64,000 nt of DNA from a virus, in the IMG/VR virus record IMGVR_UViG_3300025121_000776, positions 32,001 to 96,000 of that record; one strand, written 5' to 3'. A program made the translations under genes and the position numbers. Numbering within the stretch: position 1 is the stretch's first letter; each line of letters starts with the position of its first letter. Shown in pieces: positions 20,092 through 29,843 of the stretch. The notes beneath the pieces are model-generated. The model had not been told where the DNA came from. It was given only the letters and a program-made list of their open reading frames with translations, and made no database searches.

Positions 20092-21801
20092 TTAAACAAA
20101 ATAGTTTTCATTAGCCATTTTATCCCATGTGTCAACATTATTGCTCCACAACAATTTTAATCTAAATGACAAAGATGTATCTCCAGTTATACTTATTACC
20201 CTACTATCTTGCTGATATCCTCTGTAATATGTATTAAGAGCGTATGTTCCAGCCTCTAAGCTATCAAATAAATAATTTCCCAAAGAATCTGTTGATTGAG
20301 TTACATAACTTGTGTTTGGATAAATTAACTGTATAGTTGCTCCAGTAACCGTACTTCCAGAAACAGTACCACTTAAAATAAAACTATCAAGAGTTGTTAT
20401 ACCATAATCTAAATAATCTGGATATTCTAATTTTGGTAAAGCATCTACATACGGACTATCAGATTCAACTGAAATATAAGTGTTAAACGCATTATAAGAG
20501 GTTGTGGCACTGTTTATATCAGAAAAGGTAACAACTCTTTGTTTAACTCCAAATAAGTTTATAAGTTCTTTAACATTGCCTATTCTATATAGAAATGTTT
20601 TTCCAGGTGACAAAGACACAGACATTTTTCTTATTACGTCTGTTGTTTTTTGTGTTATTGACCAAGGTTCTACATCTGTTCCCAGCATTTCATTAGTGCT
20701 CAATCGAGTATCTTCTTTGGAAATTGGATATGAGTATACCGTTCCACTAAACGTTGTATCTCCAGTATTATAAACAACCTGTAATACAAAATTATCTCCG
20801 TCATCTGTTTCAGACCATCTCCATGTTGGAGAAAAAGTAGTTAACTGCCCAGAAACCAAAGGTGATTCCCATTTTGGCTTATTAGGAATTAAAAAATATG
20901 TAAAAAAATTTCCCACAACACTTACTCCAGAGAATGTACCTGCAGTTATAGTGTGTGCTCTATTTAAAGTAGTTTCTGTAAAATCCTTTTGATAATCTAT
21001 TAGAATAAGATTTTTGTTTGAATCTATTTGATAAAACTCTGTATAATCAGCTCCCTGCTCTCTTTGAAAGTTAAATTGAGTTGTAATAAAATATTGTGCA
21101 TAATCTTGGAATAATTGGAATTTATAATCACCTTTTTTCTTTTGATATTCATCTAAAAATAAATTATAGACATCAGTCGTAATACCAGTTGTGGTAGCTG
21201 TAATGGTTAAAATTGGATTTTCCAACAAACTTCTTATTGGCGCTAATTTATCATTATTATCAGTACTACTAATTTTTGAGGGGAAAAGTTTTGGCGCTGA
21301 TTTTTGAGTTGTATTTGTTTTTGATGTTGTTCTACTGGTAGATGTTGTTTTTATGCTGCCACTTTCATCAGTAAAAGTTTCTTTAATTTCCTCTGTCGAA
21401 CTATCTTCAATTTCTTCTATGCTTTTTCTTATTATTTCAGATGCATATTTAGAAAATTCATCATATGGAATTCTATAAATGTTATGCTTGATAGTTGTAC
21501 CAGTTCCAAAACTTATTGTGTTTGCAGTAAATACAAAACGAATAAAAGGTCTTGATATATTAGTGAAAATTGAATAAATATCTTGATTATAATAATTTGG
21601 TGTACCACCCATTGTATAATATAACGGAGTATCAAAAGTAAAATATGAAGCACCATATTGACTAACATCAATAAATTTATTAATATAAAAACTTTCTGCA
21701 GAGCTAATAGTTGTGCTATTTCCAAATGGAGAATTGCCAGAATGTTTCTGAATTTCTTTCTTAAGAAAAGTTTGAAGAGTTGTATTGTATATTAATGGCA
21801 T
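20092..21801 (-). CDS. structural protein with Fn3-like and carboxypeptidase-regulatory-like Ig domains
   Basis: PNKPKW...FSPTWRWSE (Fn3-like); C-terminal LSGTVSG...GATIQL...TDSLGNYLFDSLEAGTYALN. Confidence 0.55.
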   Translation of the reverse strand: MPLIYNTTLQTFLKKEIQKHSGNSPFGNSTTISSAESFYINKFIDVSQYGASYFTFDTPLYYTMGGTPNYYNQDIYSIFTNISRPFIRFVFTANTISFGTGTTIKHNIYRIPYDEFSKYASEIIRKSIEEIEDSSTEEIKETFTDESGSIKTTSTSRTTSKTNTTQKSAPKLFPSKISSTDNNDKLAPIRSLLENPILTITATTTGITTDVYNLFLDEYQKKKGDYKFQLFQDYAQYFITTQFNFQREQGADYTEFYQIDSNKNLILIDYQKDFTETTLNRAHTITAGTFSGVSVVGNFFTYFLIPNKPKWESPLVSGQLTTFSPTWRWSETDDGDNFVLQVVYNTGDTTFSGTVYSYPISKEDTRLSTNEMLGTDVEPWSITQKTTDVIRKMSVSLSPGKTFLYRIGNVKELINLFGVKQRVVTFSDINSATTSYNAFNTYISVESDSPYVDALPKLEYPDYLDYGITTLDSFILSGTVSGSTVTGATIQLIYPNTSYVTQSTDSLGNYLFDSLEAGTYALNTYYRGYQQDSRVISITGDTSLSFRLKLLWSNNVDTWDKMANENYFV

Positions 21802-21812
21802 TTTTTAAATTT

Positions 21813-24260
21813 TTAATTGGTAATTACTTGCTCGTTTACAAAATTTTCAGATGTCTCACTTATAGAAATATTTGTTATAGTTACAGCAGGAACATTAGTG
21901 TTTATATAATTTTCATTAACAAAACAATTTATAGAACATATACTTAAATTTGCACTATGTGTGTTTATAATATTTACACCAATATCTGCTATATTTATTG
22001 AATTGCTCAAAGTGTCTATATATCCAATATTAATTGATATAGGAGATTTACTAACAGCAATTGTTGGTGTAAATATAAAATTAATATTTACAGGAGCTAA
22101 TTGTGGATTTAAATCATCTGGAAAACCCTTTCGAAACATAGACCCTCTATCAATTCCTTCTCTATAAACAAATCTTTGTCTATGGAAAACGGGGTTTTTA
22201 TATGTAGTTGAAACGCCTTCGTCAAAAATTGTTGTTGCTGGAACTAATTGCAATACATAATCTCCCAATTGAACTTCTAATAATTCTAAATATGCTTCTA
22301 ATCTACCAATTGTTAAATGACTATTTGCTGGATAAGTCGCATAATAATAGGCTAAATAAATGTTTTCTAATTCTGGATAACTCCAGGTTGTATGTACTTG
22401 AGAATTTGTTTTTCTCGTTGTCGGGTCAATTGAATTTGTATAAACATAATCTATATACTGACTTAGAGTCATAGCTGTCACATTAATTGGAGAAACATCA
22501 TCGCAAGTAAATGTTAAATATTCAAATGGTACAGTTAGCGAACTAAAAGATGGACATCCGCTGCCCCAACTCCAACAACTACATGGTTCTTGATAAAACT
22601 CAAAAACATCACATTCAACAGCAAGTGATGGCTCAAATCTAATTGTAGCCTCTTTTGTGTTTACAACGTTTCTTGTTCCATAGATTGTATCTCCAGTTTG
22701 TGTTTTAATATTATCTATTCTTGCTATTGGATTAAATTCTGGCATCCATTGAGTAATGTATTTATCTCCATCGCCCCTACCAAACCCCCCTTCTTGAAAT
22801 ACATAGGTACTAGCATCATATTTAATATACCCGTCACTATCTATTTTATCATTTAAATCTGGAATTTGTTGTGTAATATCATAAACAAACTCATTGAAAT
22901 TAATTAAACAATCTGGGGCACCCAATAATTTAAAAATAAACATAATTGCATCCCTGGTTCCTTTTTTCTTATACAGCCAAACTAGATTTACTAAAATTCT
23001 TCTCCAAATTTCCACATTGAAATATGAGAAAGAATTTGATTGCGAATCTAAATCTGATGTTAAATAATCAAGTAAATCCAACTCACTAAATCCATCAGCA
23101 AGTTTCCATCCCAAAAGTTGACTTAATTTAAGCATGAATTTTTGAGGAACAGTTTCTTCGTTGTTATATTCTACACTATGTGCATAAGCTATAGCATCTA
23201 TGTAGTTTTTAAGTTTATCAAACTCATATGCATAAGTTTGAACTATTGTTCTATATATTTGTCCATCAGAATCTAATTCTAAATAATTTTCTGGAATAAC
23301 AGTTTTTATAAAAATATCAGTTTTTTCATCATCAACTTTTTCAGCGGCAAGCAATAAATTATCTCTAAAAGTTTCAAATTCAGCTCCATACGAATTTGGA
23401 GCAAACCCATCAATAGTTCTTGGCCACAAAAAGCTTTGGTTAAATGAATCATCTTGAGGAGTTTCTATTGCTGGAATTAAAAATGTACATCCACTTACTC
23501 CGCCCATTAACAATTGAGTTTCTAAAGATGTGATTGACTTATTGTAATCATACACTCTTTCTTTTGTGGGCCTTATATAAACAGCATTATCATAAGTTGT
23601 AATACTATTTCCATCCATTAACCACTCTTTTACCTCAAAATACATATATGTTCCAGAAAGAGAGTAGTTGCTTATAGAAAAAACATCTGTTCCCCCGCTT
23701 AATTGTATACAAAATTTGCCATAATCATAAGGCAAGCTTAAATTATTTTCTGTTACAGCAGATGTTAATGCGATTTCTCCTTGATTTGTTATTCCAGAAA
23801 TTGGAATTTTAAATATAGAAGTTTTTTCAAGTGTAATTCCATTGTAATTTTCTACGTAATCATAAATATTATTAGTTCCACCACTACACAAAATAGCATA
23901 AGGAAAGTTTTCAATTATTCTATTAATCGCAGTTGCAACATTAGTATAAAAAGAAGAAAAATAAGAATAGCTTTTTGGATTATTTTTAGGTAAATTTAAT
24001 TCATTATGCTGTACAAACGAGCTTGTTGCGTTATTTGTAAAATTTACAGCATTTAAAGTTTCTAAGTTATCAAATGTTCCAAATTGAGAATGTTGCGTAT
24101 TAGCGGTAAGCGTATTTAACGTATAATCTCTCTCAATAGTAAAATCACCAAAACTAAATATAGCCTCAGATTTTGAAGCTACCAGTCTTTTTTCTTGTCC
24201 TGGTCTATAATTTATAGACAGCGTTGTAGCTGAATTTGGTATTGTGCTAAAAATAGGCAT
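21813..24260 (-). CDS. baseplate wedge protein with P2 gpI / T4 gp7-like segment
   Basis: KLSQLLGW...WRRILVNLVWLYKKKGTRDAIMFIFKLLG motif. Confidence 0.65.
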   Translation of the reverse strand: MPIFSTIPNSATTLSINYRPGQEKRLVASKSEAIFSFGDFTIERDYTLNTLTANTQHSQFGTFDNLETLNAVNFTNNATSSFVQHNELNLPKNNPKSYSYFSSFYTNVATAINRIIENFPYAILCSGGTNNIYDYVENYNGITLEKTSIFKIPISGITNQGEIALTSAVTENNLSLPYDYGKFCIQLSGGTDVFSISNYSLSGTYMYFEVKEWLMDGNSITTYDNAVYIRPTKERVYDYNKSITSLETQLLMGGVSGCTFLIPAIETPQDDSFNQSFLWPRTIDGFAPNSYGAEFETFRDNLLLAAEKVDDEKTDIFIKTVIPENYLELDSDGQIYRTIVQTYAYEFDKLKNYIDAIAYAHSVEYNNEETVPQKFMLKLSQLLGWKLADGFSELDLLDYLTSDLDSQSNSFSYFNVEIWRRILVNLVWLYKKKGTRDAIMFIFKLLGAPDCLINFNEFVYDITQQIPDLNDKIDSDGYIKYDASTYVFQEGGFGRGDGDKYITQWMPEFNPIARIDNIKTQTGDTIYGTRNVVNTKEATIRFEPSLAVECDVFEFYQEPCSCWSWGSGCPSFSSLTVPFEYLTFTCDDVSPINVTAMTLSQYIDYVYTNSIDPTTRKTNSQVHTTWSYPELENIYLAYYYATYPANSHLTIGRLEAYLELLEVQLGDYVLQLVPATTIFDEGVSTTYKNPVFHRQRFVYREGIDRGSMFRKGFPDDLNPQLAPVNINFIFTPTIAVSKSPISINIGYIDTLSNSINIADIGVNIINTHSANLSICSINCFVNENYINTNVPAVTITNISISETSENFVNEQVITN

Positions 24261-24398
24261 TTAATTTTTATTTTTTATAAATATTAGCAAAAAAGATTTA
24301 AAAATAAACTATAACAGTTTTTCATTGCATTAACTATTTATTTTAAAAAAAAGTTTGAATATTTTTTATTTGATTATTTATAAGAAAAAATTAATAAA

Positions 24399-26432
24399 AT
24401 GAGTTATTTAGTTCAAGAACCATCAAATTTCATAAACATCAAACTCACCGACACTGGAAGAAGGTTGTTGTCTTTGGGAGCATTAACTTTCAACAAAATA
24501 ATTCTTTCTGATAGAGAAATCAACTATAGTATGGGAAGAAGCGGTTATGACCTTTGTCACAATAGAGTTTTATCTCCAAAAGATGACCAACCGAAATTTA
24601 ATTTTAATTTTGACGCATCAACCCCAGCTACAATAAATGGACAAAACTTAACAAGTGCCAGACAAATTGTAACAGCCATGACAAATTCTATTGGGTTTTT
24701 TTCTGGTGGTTCTGGCGGCTTTTTTATAAAAACAACCGCTTCAGAAGGACAAGGAGAACCTTTAGGGGTAGCTGAAATAGATTATTCTTTAACTATTCCA
24801 AGTGGTGGAACTGAAATTTATTTTACTGCAGGAGGATATTCTGCAAACACAGGAAATTTGGTTTATATTCCTTGGGAACCACCACAATATAGCGGAATAA
24901 CAAATTCTGGAAGTACTATTTTTAGTGGAAGACCAAATGTTTCTCTTTGGTACAGAGTTCAAGGAAGAAGTGGCTTAAAATTAGATTTAGATAGAAGTAC
25001 TCCAAATTTTGGAAATTCATCTATTGCTGGCTCAACACAAAAAATTAAAGCATATTTTTATCCGTTTGGGGAAGTTGAAGATTATTATGGGTCTGGAGTA
25101 ACAACTAATTGTGGAATTTGGAATATGAATATTATAAGAACATCTTCTGAAATAGGCACAACAGTTGCAATGAGTGGATACACAACTTATGGGTCTATAG
25201 ACTTTAATGGAACAAAACAATATCTTGGATTTGATAATGAAACAAAAGCTTTTGGAATAATACATTACACAAACAAATATTCTGGAAACACTTATGCAGA
25301 ACAACTTGTACCTGGTACAGTTAAATTAGAAATTCCAAACATAATGTGGCATAAATATTTTTCTACACAAGTAGGACAAGAAATGAGTTATGGAATCACT
25401 TTATATGATTCTTATGGAAATAATATATTCGATAATGTGGCTCAAACAAGTTATAAAGAATTAAGAGATGGAATTTCAAGCACCTCTAATGTTGTAGGAA
25501 GAGTTTATTATAAATTAAAAATTATCATCATAACCGACCAAGAATTATTAACGGTATTAACATATAAATCAAATAGAAATTATACATTACCAAAAGTTAA
25601 TTTAAATTTAATGCCCTCTAACTCAGTAGCAAATGCAACTGGATTATGTAAAACAGATTATTCTTACTATGTAACATATGTAACTTATAGTAACACTTAT
25701 TTAAGCGGGACAAGTTATGGATATCCACAAAGTCTACCATGCTCATATGTCGAAAGAATAGATGGGCAAACCGATTCTAATGACATGGGTTCTGTTTTAG
25801 CGGTAAGTTTTCCTTCTTTTGCATTTCCTTTTATGAGAAATTCCGCAAACTTAGAAACACTAAGTGGAACTGGTTGGAACGCAAATTCTATACAAATATT
25901 ATTGCAAGAAATCACAACATCTGCAACAACTTTGGTTGGCGACTTACCAACAGGTAATTGGAAATTAATTTCTAATGGAATTGGAAATGGAATTTATACT
26001 GGAGAAACTGGACAAAACACAATTGCCCCACAAAGCTTACAAAGTCATGCGTTTATGATTACTCAACAAGATTATGATTCTGGAACAACTTATTCTTTAA
26101 TTGGGCAATTTTCAGCATTTACGTCAAATATAGATTTTGCAGCATCTAGCGGATTAACTTTTGGAAATGAAACATTTTTCTATGGTAATTTAACAACAGG
26201 AATTCAAGCAAACGTTTTCAAAACTATAATTACAGTATTTGCTAGAAATGATGAATTTAATTCATCTACATACAATTCAACATTTAATTCTTTATATGAT
26301 GAAAATACTTTTATTACAGAGATAGGAATATTAAATGCCAATGACGAATTGGTTGCTGTAGCAAAACCTTCATATCCCATAAAGAAAAATGAATCAAGAT
26401 ATTTAGCATTTCAATTAGAATTAGATTTTTAA
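24399..26432 (+). CDS. tail fibre/baseplate attachment protein (tail-collar fibre-like C-terminus)
   Basis: N-terminal IKLTDTGRRLL and C-terminal ITEIGILNANDELVAVAKPSYPIKK motif. Confidence 0.6.
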   Translation: MSYLVQEPSNFINIKLTDTGRRLLSLGALTFNKIILSDREINYSMGRSGYDLCHNRVLSPKDDQPKFNFNFDASTPATINGQNLTSARQIVTAMTNSIGFFSGGSGGFFIKTTASEGQGEPLGVAEIDYSLTIPSGGTEIYFTAGGYSANTGNLVYIPWEPPQYSGITNSGSTIFSGRPNVSLWYRVQGRSGLKLDLDRSTPNFGNSSIAGSTQKIKAYFYPFGEVEDYYGSGVTTNCGIWNMNIIRTSSEIGTTVAMSGYTTYGSIDFNGTKQYLGFDNETKAFGIIHYTNKYSGNTYAEQLVPGTVKLEIPNIMWHKYFSTQVGQEMSYGITLYDSYGNNIFDNVAQTSYKELRDGISSTSNVVGRVYYKLKIIIITDQELLTVLTYKSNRNYTLPKVNLNLMPSNSVANATGLCKTDYSYYVTYVTYSNTYLSGTSYGYPQSLPCSYVERIDGQTDSNDMGSVLAVSFPSFAFPFMRNSANLETLSGTGWNANSIQILLQEITTSATTLVGDLPTGNWKLISNGIGNGIYTGETGQNTIAPQSLQSHAFMITQQDYDSGTTYSLIGQFSAFTSNIDFAASSGLTFGNETFFYGNLTTGIQANVFKTIITVFARNDEFNSSTYNSTFNSLYDENTFITEIGILNANDELVAVAKPSYPIKKNESRYLAFQLELDF

Positions 26433-26469
26433 AAAAATTTTTTAATATATTTATAAAAAAAAATAAATT

Positions 26470-26910
26470 ATGGGGCAAATATTATCATCAGATACAGTTT
26501 ATGCAGTAGCATACTTAACAGAAAAGGGAAGAAATTATCTTTTTGACCCAATGGGGTCTAATAGATTCGTAGAGCAAATTATAGGTGGAAATACAGTAAC
26601 AATAGATTTATTTAAAATCACTTATTTCTCAATGTCTGACCCAGATACAAATTATAACTTAACATCTGGAGTGCTATTGGAAACTGGCGACATTATAGAT
26701 GTTTCTGGAAAAAATGAAGGATGTATTAAAGGTACTTTAACTGGAGAAGAAATTAATTTAATTTCTTATAACGGAGTAGTTGGAGGGAATATTAATAATG
26801 ACCCAGTTGATATTCCAGCAGACGCACCAGTAGAAATTACAGTAGATTATACAGATGTTCAATTTCCATTGTCTATTGATATCATACCTTCAGCCCCAAC
26901 TGCAAATTAA
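26470..26910 (+). CDS. paralog of the N-terminal domain of 24399..26432
   Basis: AYLTEKGRNYL...FKITYFSMSDPDTNY aligns with IKLTDTGRRLL...FNKIILSDREINY. Confidence 0.55.
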   Translation: MGQILSSDTVYAVAYLTEKGRNYLFDPMGSNRFVEQIIGGNTVTIDLFKITYFSMSDPDTNYNLTSGVLLETGDIIDVSGKNEGCIKGTLTGEEINLISYNGVVGGNINNDPVDIPADAPVEITVDYTDVQFPLSIDIIPSAPTAN

Positions 26911-26927
26911 TTAACAACAAATAAATT

Positions 26928-27611
26928 ATGGCAACAAGTCTAAATACAACTAATTTAAATTCAGTAAGTGCTGTTTTAACAAAAAACGCAATATCTGAAA
27001 GTACAATAAATAGAGATTTGGCATCTCAATTAAGTTCGGCAACAAAAAAACAGTCAAATGGTGACCCTACATCATTGCTTACTTATGCAATGAAGTTCAC
27101 AAGCTATGATATGACTGTTCCAACAAAACAAAAAATTATTCCAGAAACATTTACAATGAATGCTTGCTTTCCTGGATTAAAAAATCTTAGCGTTACTCCT
27201 CCAATTTATGTTTTACAATTTCCAGGAACATCATTTGGACTTATATTTTTCTTTCCCAATAGCAATGACGTAAAATCTTATGATGAGTTTCGTTTTGGCT
27301 TTGGAGAAGTAGATGCTACTTATGATATTGGATGGAGAGTTTATAAAACAAGGGTTTCAGATGTTTATAAACAAGTTTTTACAACTTGGTGTATGACATT
27401 GCCAAATAATGTTTCCGACCTAGCAACTACTCCAGGAGTTTCATCTAAATCAAAAACAATTACATCTGAATTGAGTAAAATGGAAAAAACACTTAACTTT
27501 TCAGTGGCTGGAGCTTCCACTGGCGATAGAGGGGTAAAAAACATCTCAGTTAGATTTAATTATATTCCAGGTTCTGTACCAACAGTTCCACCAGTATCAA
27601 CAATAGCATAA
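26928..27611 (+). CDS. hypothetical S/T-rich structural protein
   Basis: 227-aa ORF between the two half-paralogs. Confidence 0.5.
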   Translation: MATSLNTTNLNSVSAVLTKNAISESTINRDLASQLSSATKKQSNGDPTSLLTYAMKFTSYDMTVPTKQKIIPETFTMNACFPGLKNLSVTPPIYVLQFPGTSFGLIFFFPNSNDVKSYDEFRFGFGEVDATYDIGWRVYKTRVSDVYKQVFTTWCMTLPNNVSDLATTPGVSSKSKTITSELSKMEKTLNFSVAGASTGDRGVKNISVRFNYIPGSVPTVPPVSTIA

Positions 27612-27638
27612 AAACAAGAATAAATAAAAATCAAAAAT

Positions 27639-28841
27639 ATGCCACAAGAAATTAATAAATGCGCAGTAAATAATACAATTTCATTAAGAAAAGAAGTTGC
27701 TTCATCTGTATCGCTTTCCAATTCTCAAATTTCATATACTTTAGCAGATAGAACAGCTGTAAGCGTAAAATATGGGAATTATTTTACTGCATTTAATATT
27801 CCTCATATAGGGAATAATCAAATATTTTATAGTGGAGGAAGTGTTGCTTCCGCAGCAAGAGCCCACCCAGAATTATTTCAACTTAATGTTGATAAAATTG
27901 TAATAATTCCAATTGGAGTAAATCATTTTAATGAATATATTGATGGAAGGTCAATTACGTTAACAGTTCCACAGTGGGGCGGAACTTCTAAAACTGTAAT
28001 ATCAAGTTTTTATTCAGATGAACAAAGAACTTTAAAAAAAGCTGACTCCCCATTACCTCAATACTTTGGTCCAAAAAATGTAGCATTTCTATTTTCAAAT
28101 GATATAAATACTCCATATACAGGAACTTCTAACGCTGGAGCTATAACTCATAATTTAGCAGCATGGAACCCAACAACTGACTATAGAGATAGACCATCTG
28201 CTGTTGCATATTCTCAATTAGAAACATCAGATTTAAACACTGACACAAGAGCTTGGACTGTTGCAAAAAAAGCAGTAGCAGTTAATCAAGCATATCCAAA
28301 ATCACTTCTTGCATCTCAAGACCTTTTAAATGGGTATAATTATGACATTCCAGTTGGATTTGTTTGTTTAGATAAAGGATTTATTATACTTACACATCCA
28401 GAAATTATAAACGATATTCCTTGGACTTCTGGAAGTACAAGTTGTGTTCCTGGTTATGATAATGGAAGTTTAATGACAAATGATGGAGAAAATGTTATAA
28501 TAGGCTCAAATGCTGGCGCAACAAGCGCAACTACAAGTATTGTTTTTACAAGCACAACATCAACTTTAAATTTTGTTGATATGAGCGTAAGATATATGAC
28601 ATCTGTGTTATGTATAGCAATGCCAAAAACATTTTTTATATCAAAAAATCCAACATGGCCATTGCAAAGAAATTTAATAGAGGCAAGTCCTAATGGAAAT
28701 CAAAATTTTGATTCTATTTTTGTCACTCAAATTGGTTTATATAATGCTATGGAAGAATTAATTGCTGTCGCCAAACTTGATAGACCAGTTGAAAAAACAT
28801 ATGATAACATCATGACGTTTAATCTAGAAATTGACGTTTAA
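27639..28841 (+). CDS. paralog of the C-terminal part of 24399..26432
   Basis: C-terminal VTQIGLYNAMEELIAVAKLDRPVEK and FNEYIDGRSITLTVP versus YAEQLVPGTVKLEIP. Confidence 0.6.
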   Translation: MPQEINKCAVNNTISLRKEVASSVSLSNSQISYTLADRTAVSVKYGNYFTAFNIPHIGNNQIFYSGGSVASAARAHPELFQLNVDKIVIIPIGVNHFNEYIDGRSITLTVPQWGGTSKTVISSFYSDEQRTLKKADSPLPQYFGPKNVAFLFSNDINTPYTGTSNAGAITHNLAAWNPTTDYRDRPSAVAYSQLETSDLNTDTRAWTVAKKAVAVNQAYPKSLLASQDLLNGYNYDIPVGFVCLDKGFIILTHPEIINDIPWTSGSTSCVPGYDNGSLMTNDGENVIIGSNAGATSATTSIVFTSTTSTLNFVDMSVRYMTSVLCIAMPKTFFISKNPTWPLQRNLIEASPNGNQNFDSIFVTQIGLYNAMEELIAVAKLDRPVEKTYDNIMTFNLEIDV

Positions 28842-28854
28842 TTATAAAATAAAC

Positions 28855-28887
28855 AAAAAAAGGGAGGACAAAATTCTCCCTTTTTTT
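28855..28887 (+). terminator. intrinsic terminator ending the tail operon
   Basis: AAAAAAAGGGAG-N9-CTCCCTTTTTTT inverted repeat. Confidence 0.75.
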
Positions 28888-28946
28888 GTTTAACCATTGA
28901 TTTTATTTTTTTATTATTTATATTTTTAATTATAAAATTAAAAACA

Positions 28947-29492
28947 ATGTTACTATCCTTAGACATCAGCTCAAGCTGCATCGGTTATTCAGTATTTAAC
29001 GAGAAAAATACTTTAATTGAATTAGATTATGTAAGTTTTGATAGCAAAGCATCTTTATTTCAGAGGTTGGAGTATTTTAAAGAGAAAATATCATATTTGT
29101 TAAAATTTGATATTACAGCAATTGCAATAGAAGAACCTTTGAAAAAATTTAAAGGAAAGTTTTCATCAGCAGAAACAATTGCTTTATTAAATTTCTTTAA
29201 CGGAATGATTAGCTCTTTTTTATATAGTCATTTTAAAATTGAACCCGTTTATTATAATGTAAACAATGCGAGAAAAGTCGTTTTCCCAACTCTTAAAATA
29301 ACAAAAGAGGGAGCATCTACAAAACACCAAATTTGGGAAGAGGTTGTAAAACTTGAACCACAAATAAATTGGAAATATGGTAAAATTAGCAGAAAATTAA
29401 TGGTCGAAAACTATGATATGGCCGATTCATATGTAGTTGGAAAGTGTTACATAAAAATGTTCGAGACACAAAACTCTAAAATATTAAAATAA
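28947..29492 (+). CDS. ruvC: RuvC-like Holliday junction resolvase
   Basis: LSLDISSSCIGY (catalytic D), IAIEEP (E), YDMADS (DxxD) RNase H-fold residues. Confidence 0.8.
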   Translation: MLLSLDISSSCIGYSVFNEKNTLIELDYVSFDSKASLFQRLEYFKEKISYLLKFDITAIAIEEPLKKFKGKFSSAETIALLNFFNGMISSFLYSHFKIEPVYYNVNNARKVVFPTLKITKEGASTKHQIWEEVVKLEPQINWKYGKISRKLMVENYDMADSYVVGKCYIKMFETQNSKILK

Positions 29493-29558
29493 CTTAAGAA
29501 TTTTGTGTTTTTTTTTATATTTATATTCGATTTAAACTTAACTTAAAATTTTTTAAAG

Positions 29559-29735
29559 ATGAAAAAACTATTAGTATTATTCGCAATTTCAGCAATTACA
29601 TTAACTTCATGTAATTCAACAGTGTCAACAGAGTCTGTAGAGGCTTCTATTGACTCGGTAATGGTAGCAGACACAACTTGTCTTAGTATAGACACATGCG
29701 CTGTAAAAGTAGATTCATGTGCTGTTGTAAAATAA
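29559..29735 (+). CDS. 58-aa lipoprotein (missed by the ORF track)
   Basis: MKKLLVLFAISAITLTSC signal peptide II, then NSTVSTESVEASIDSVMVADTTCLSIDTCAVKVDSCAVVK; own late motif (29517-29525) and terminator. Confidence 0.75.
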   Translation: MKKLLVLFAISAITLTSCNSTVSTESVEASIDSVMVADTTCLSIDTCAVKVDSCAVVK

Positions 29736-29756
29736 ATACAAATTTATTTAGCAAAC

Positions 29757-29789
29757 AAAAAACTCCCAAGTTAGACTTGGGAGTTTTTT
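29757..29789 (+). terminator. intrinsic terminator after the lipoprotein gene
   Basis: AAAAAACTCCCAAGT-TAG-ACTTGGGAGTTTTTT perfect inverted repeat. Confidence 0.85.
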
Positions 29790-29843
29790 GTTTTACCACT
29801 TTTTACTTGGAAAATTCAATATTTTACAATACATTTGCAAATT

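Noticed and set aside
11172-28841. Diversity-generating retroelement or invertible tail-fibre cassette
   Set aside because: No reverse transcriptase or recombinase, and no near-identical TR/VR or inverted repeat pair seen; paralogy is only at the protein level
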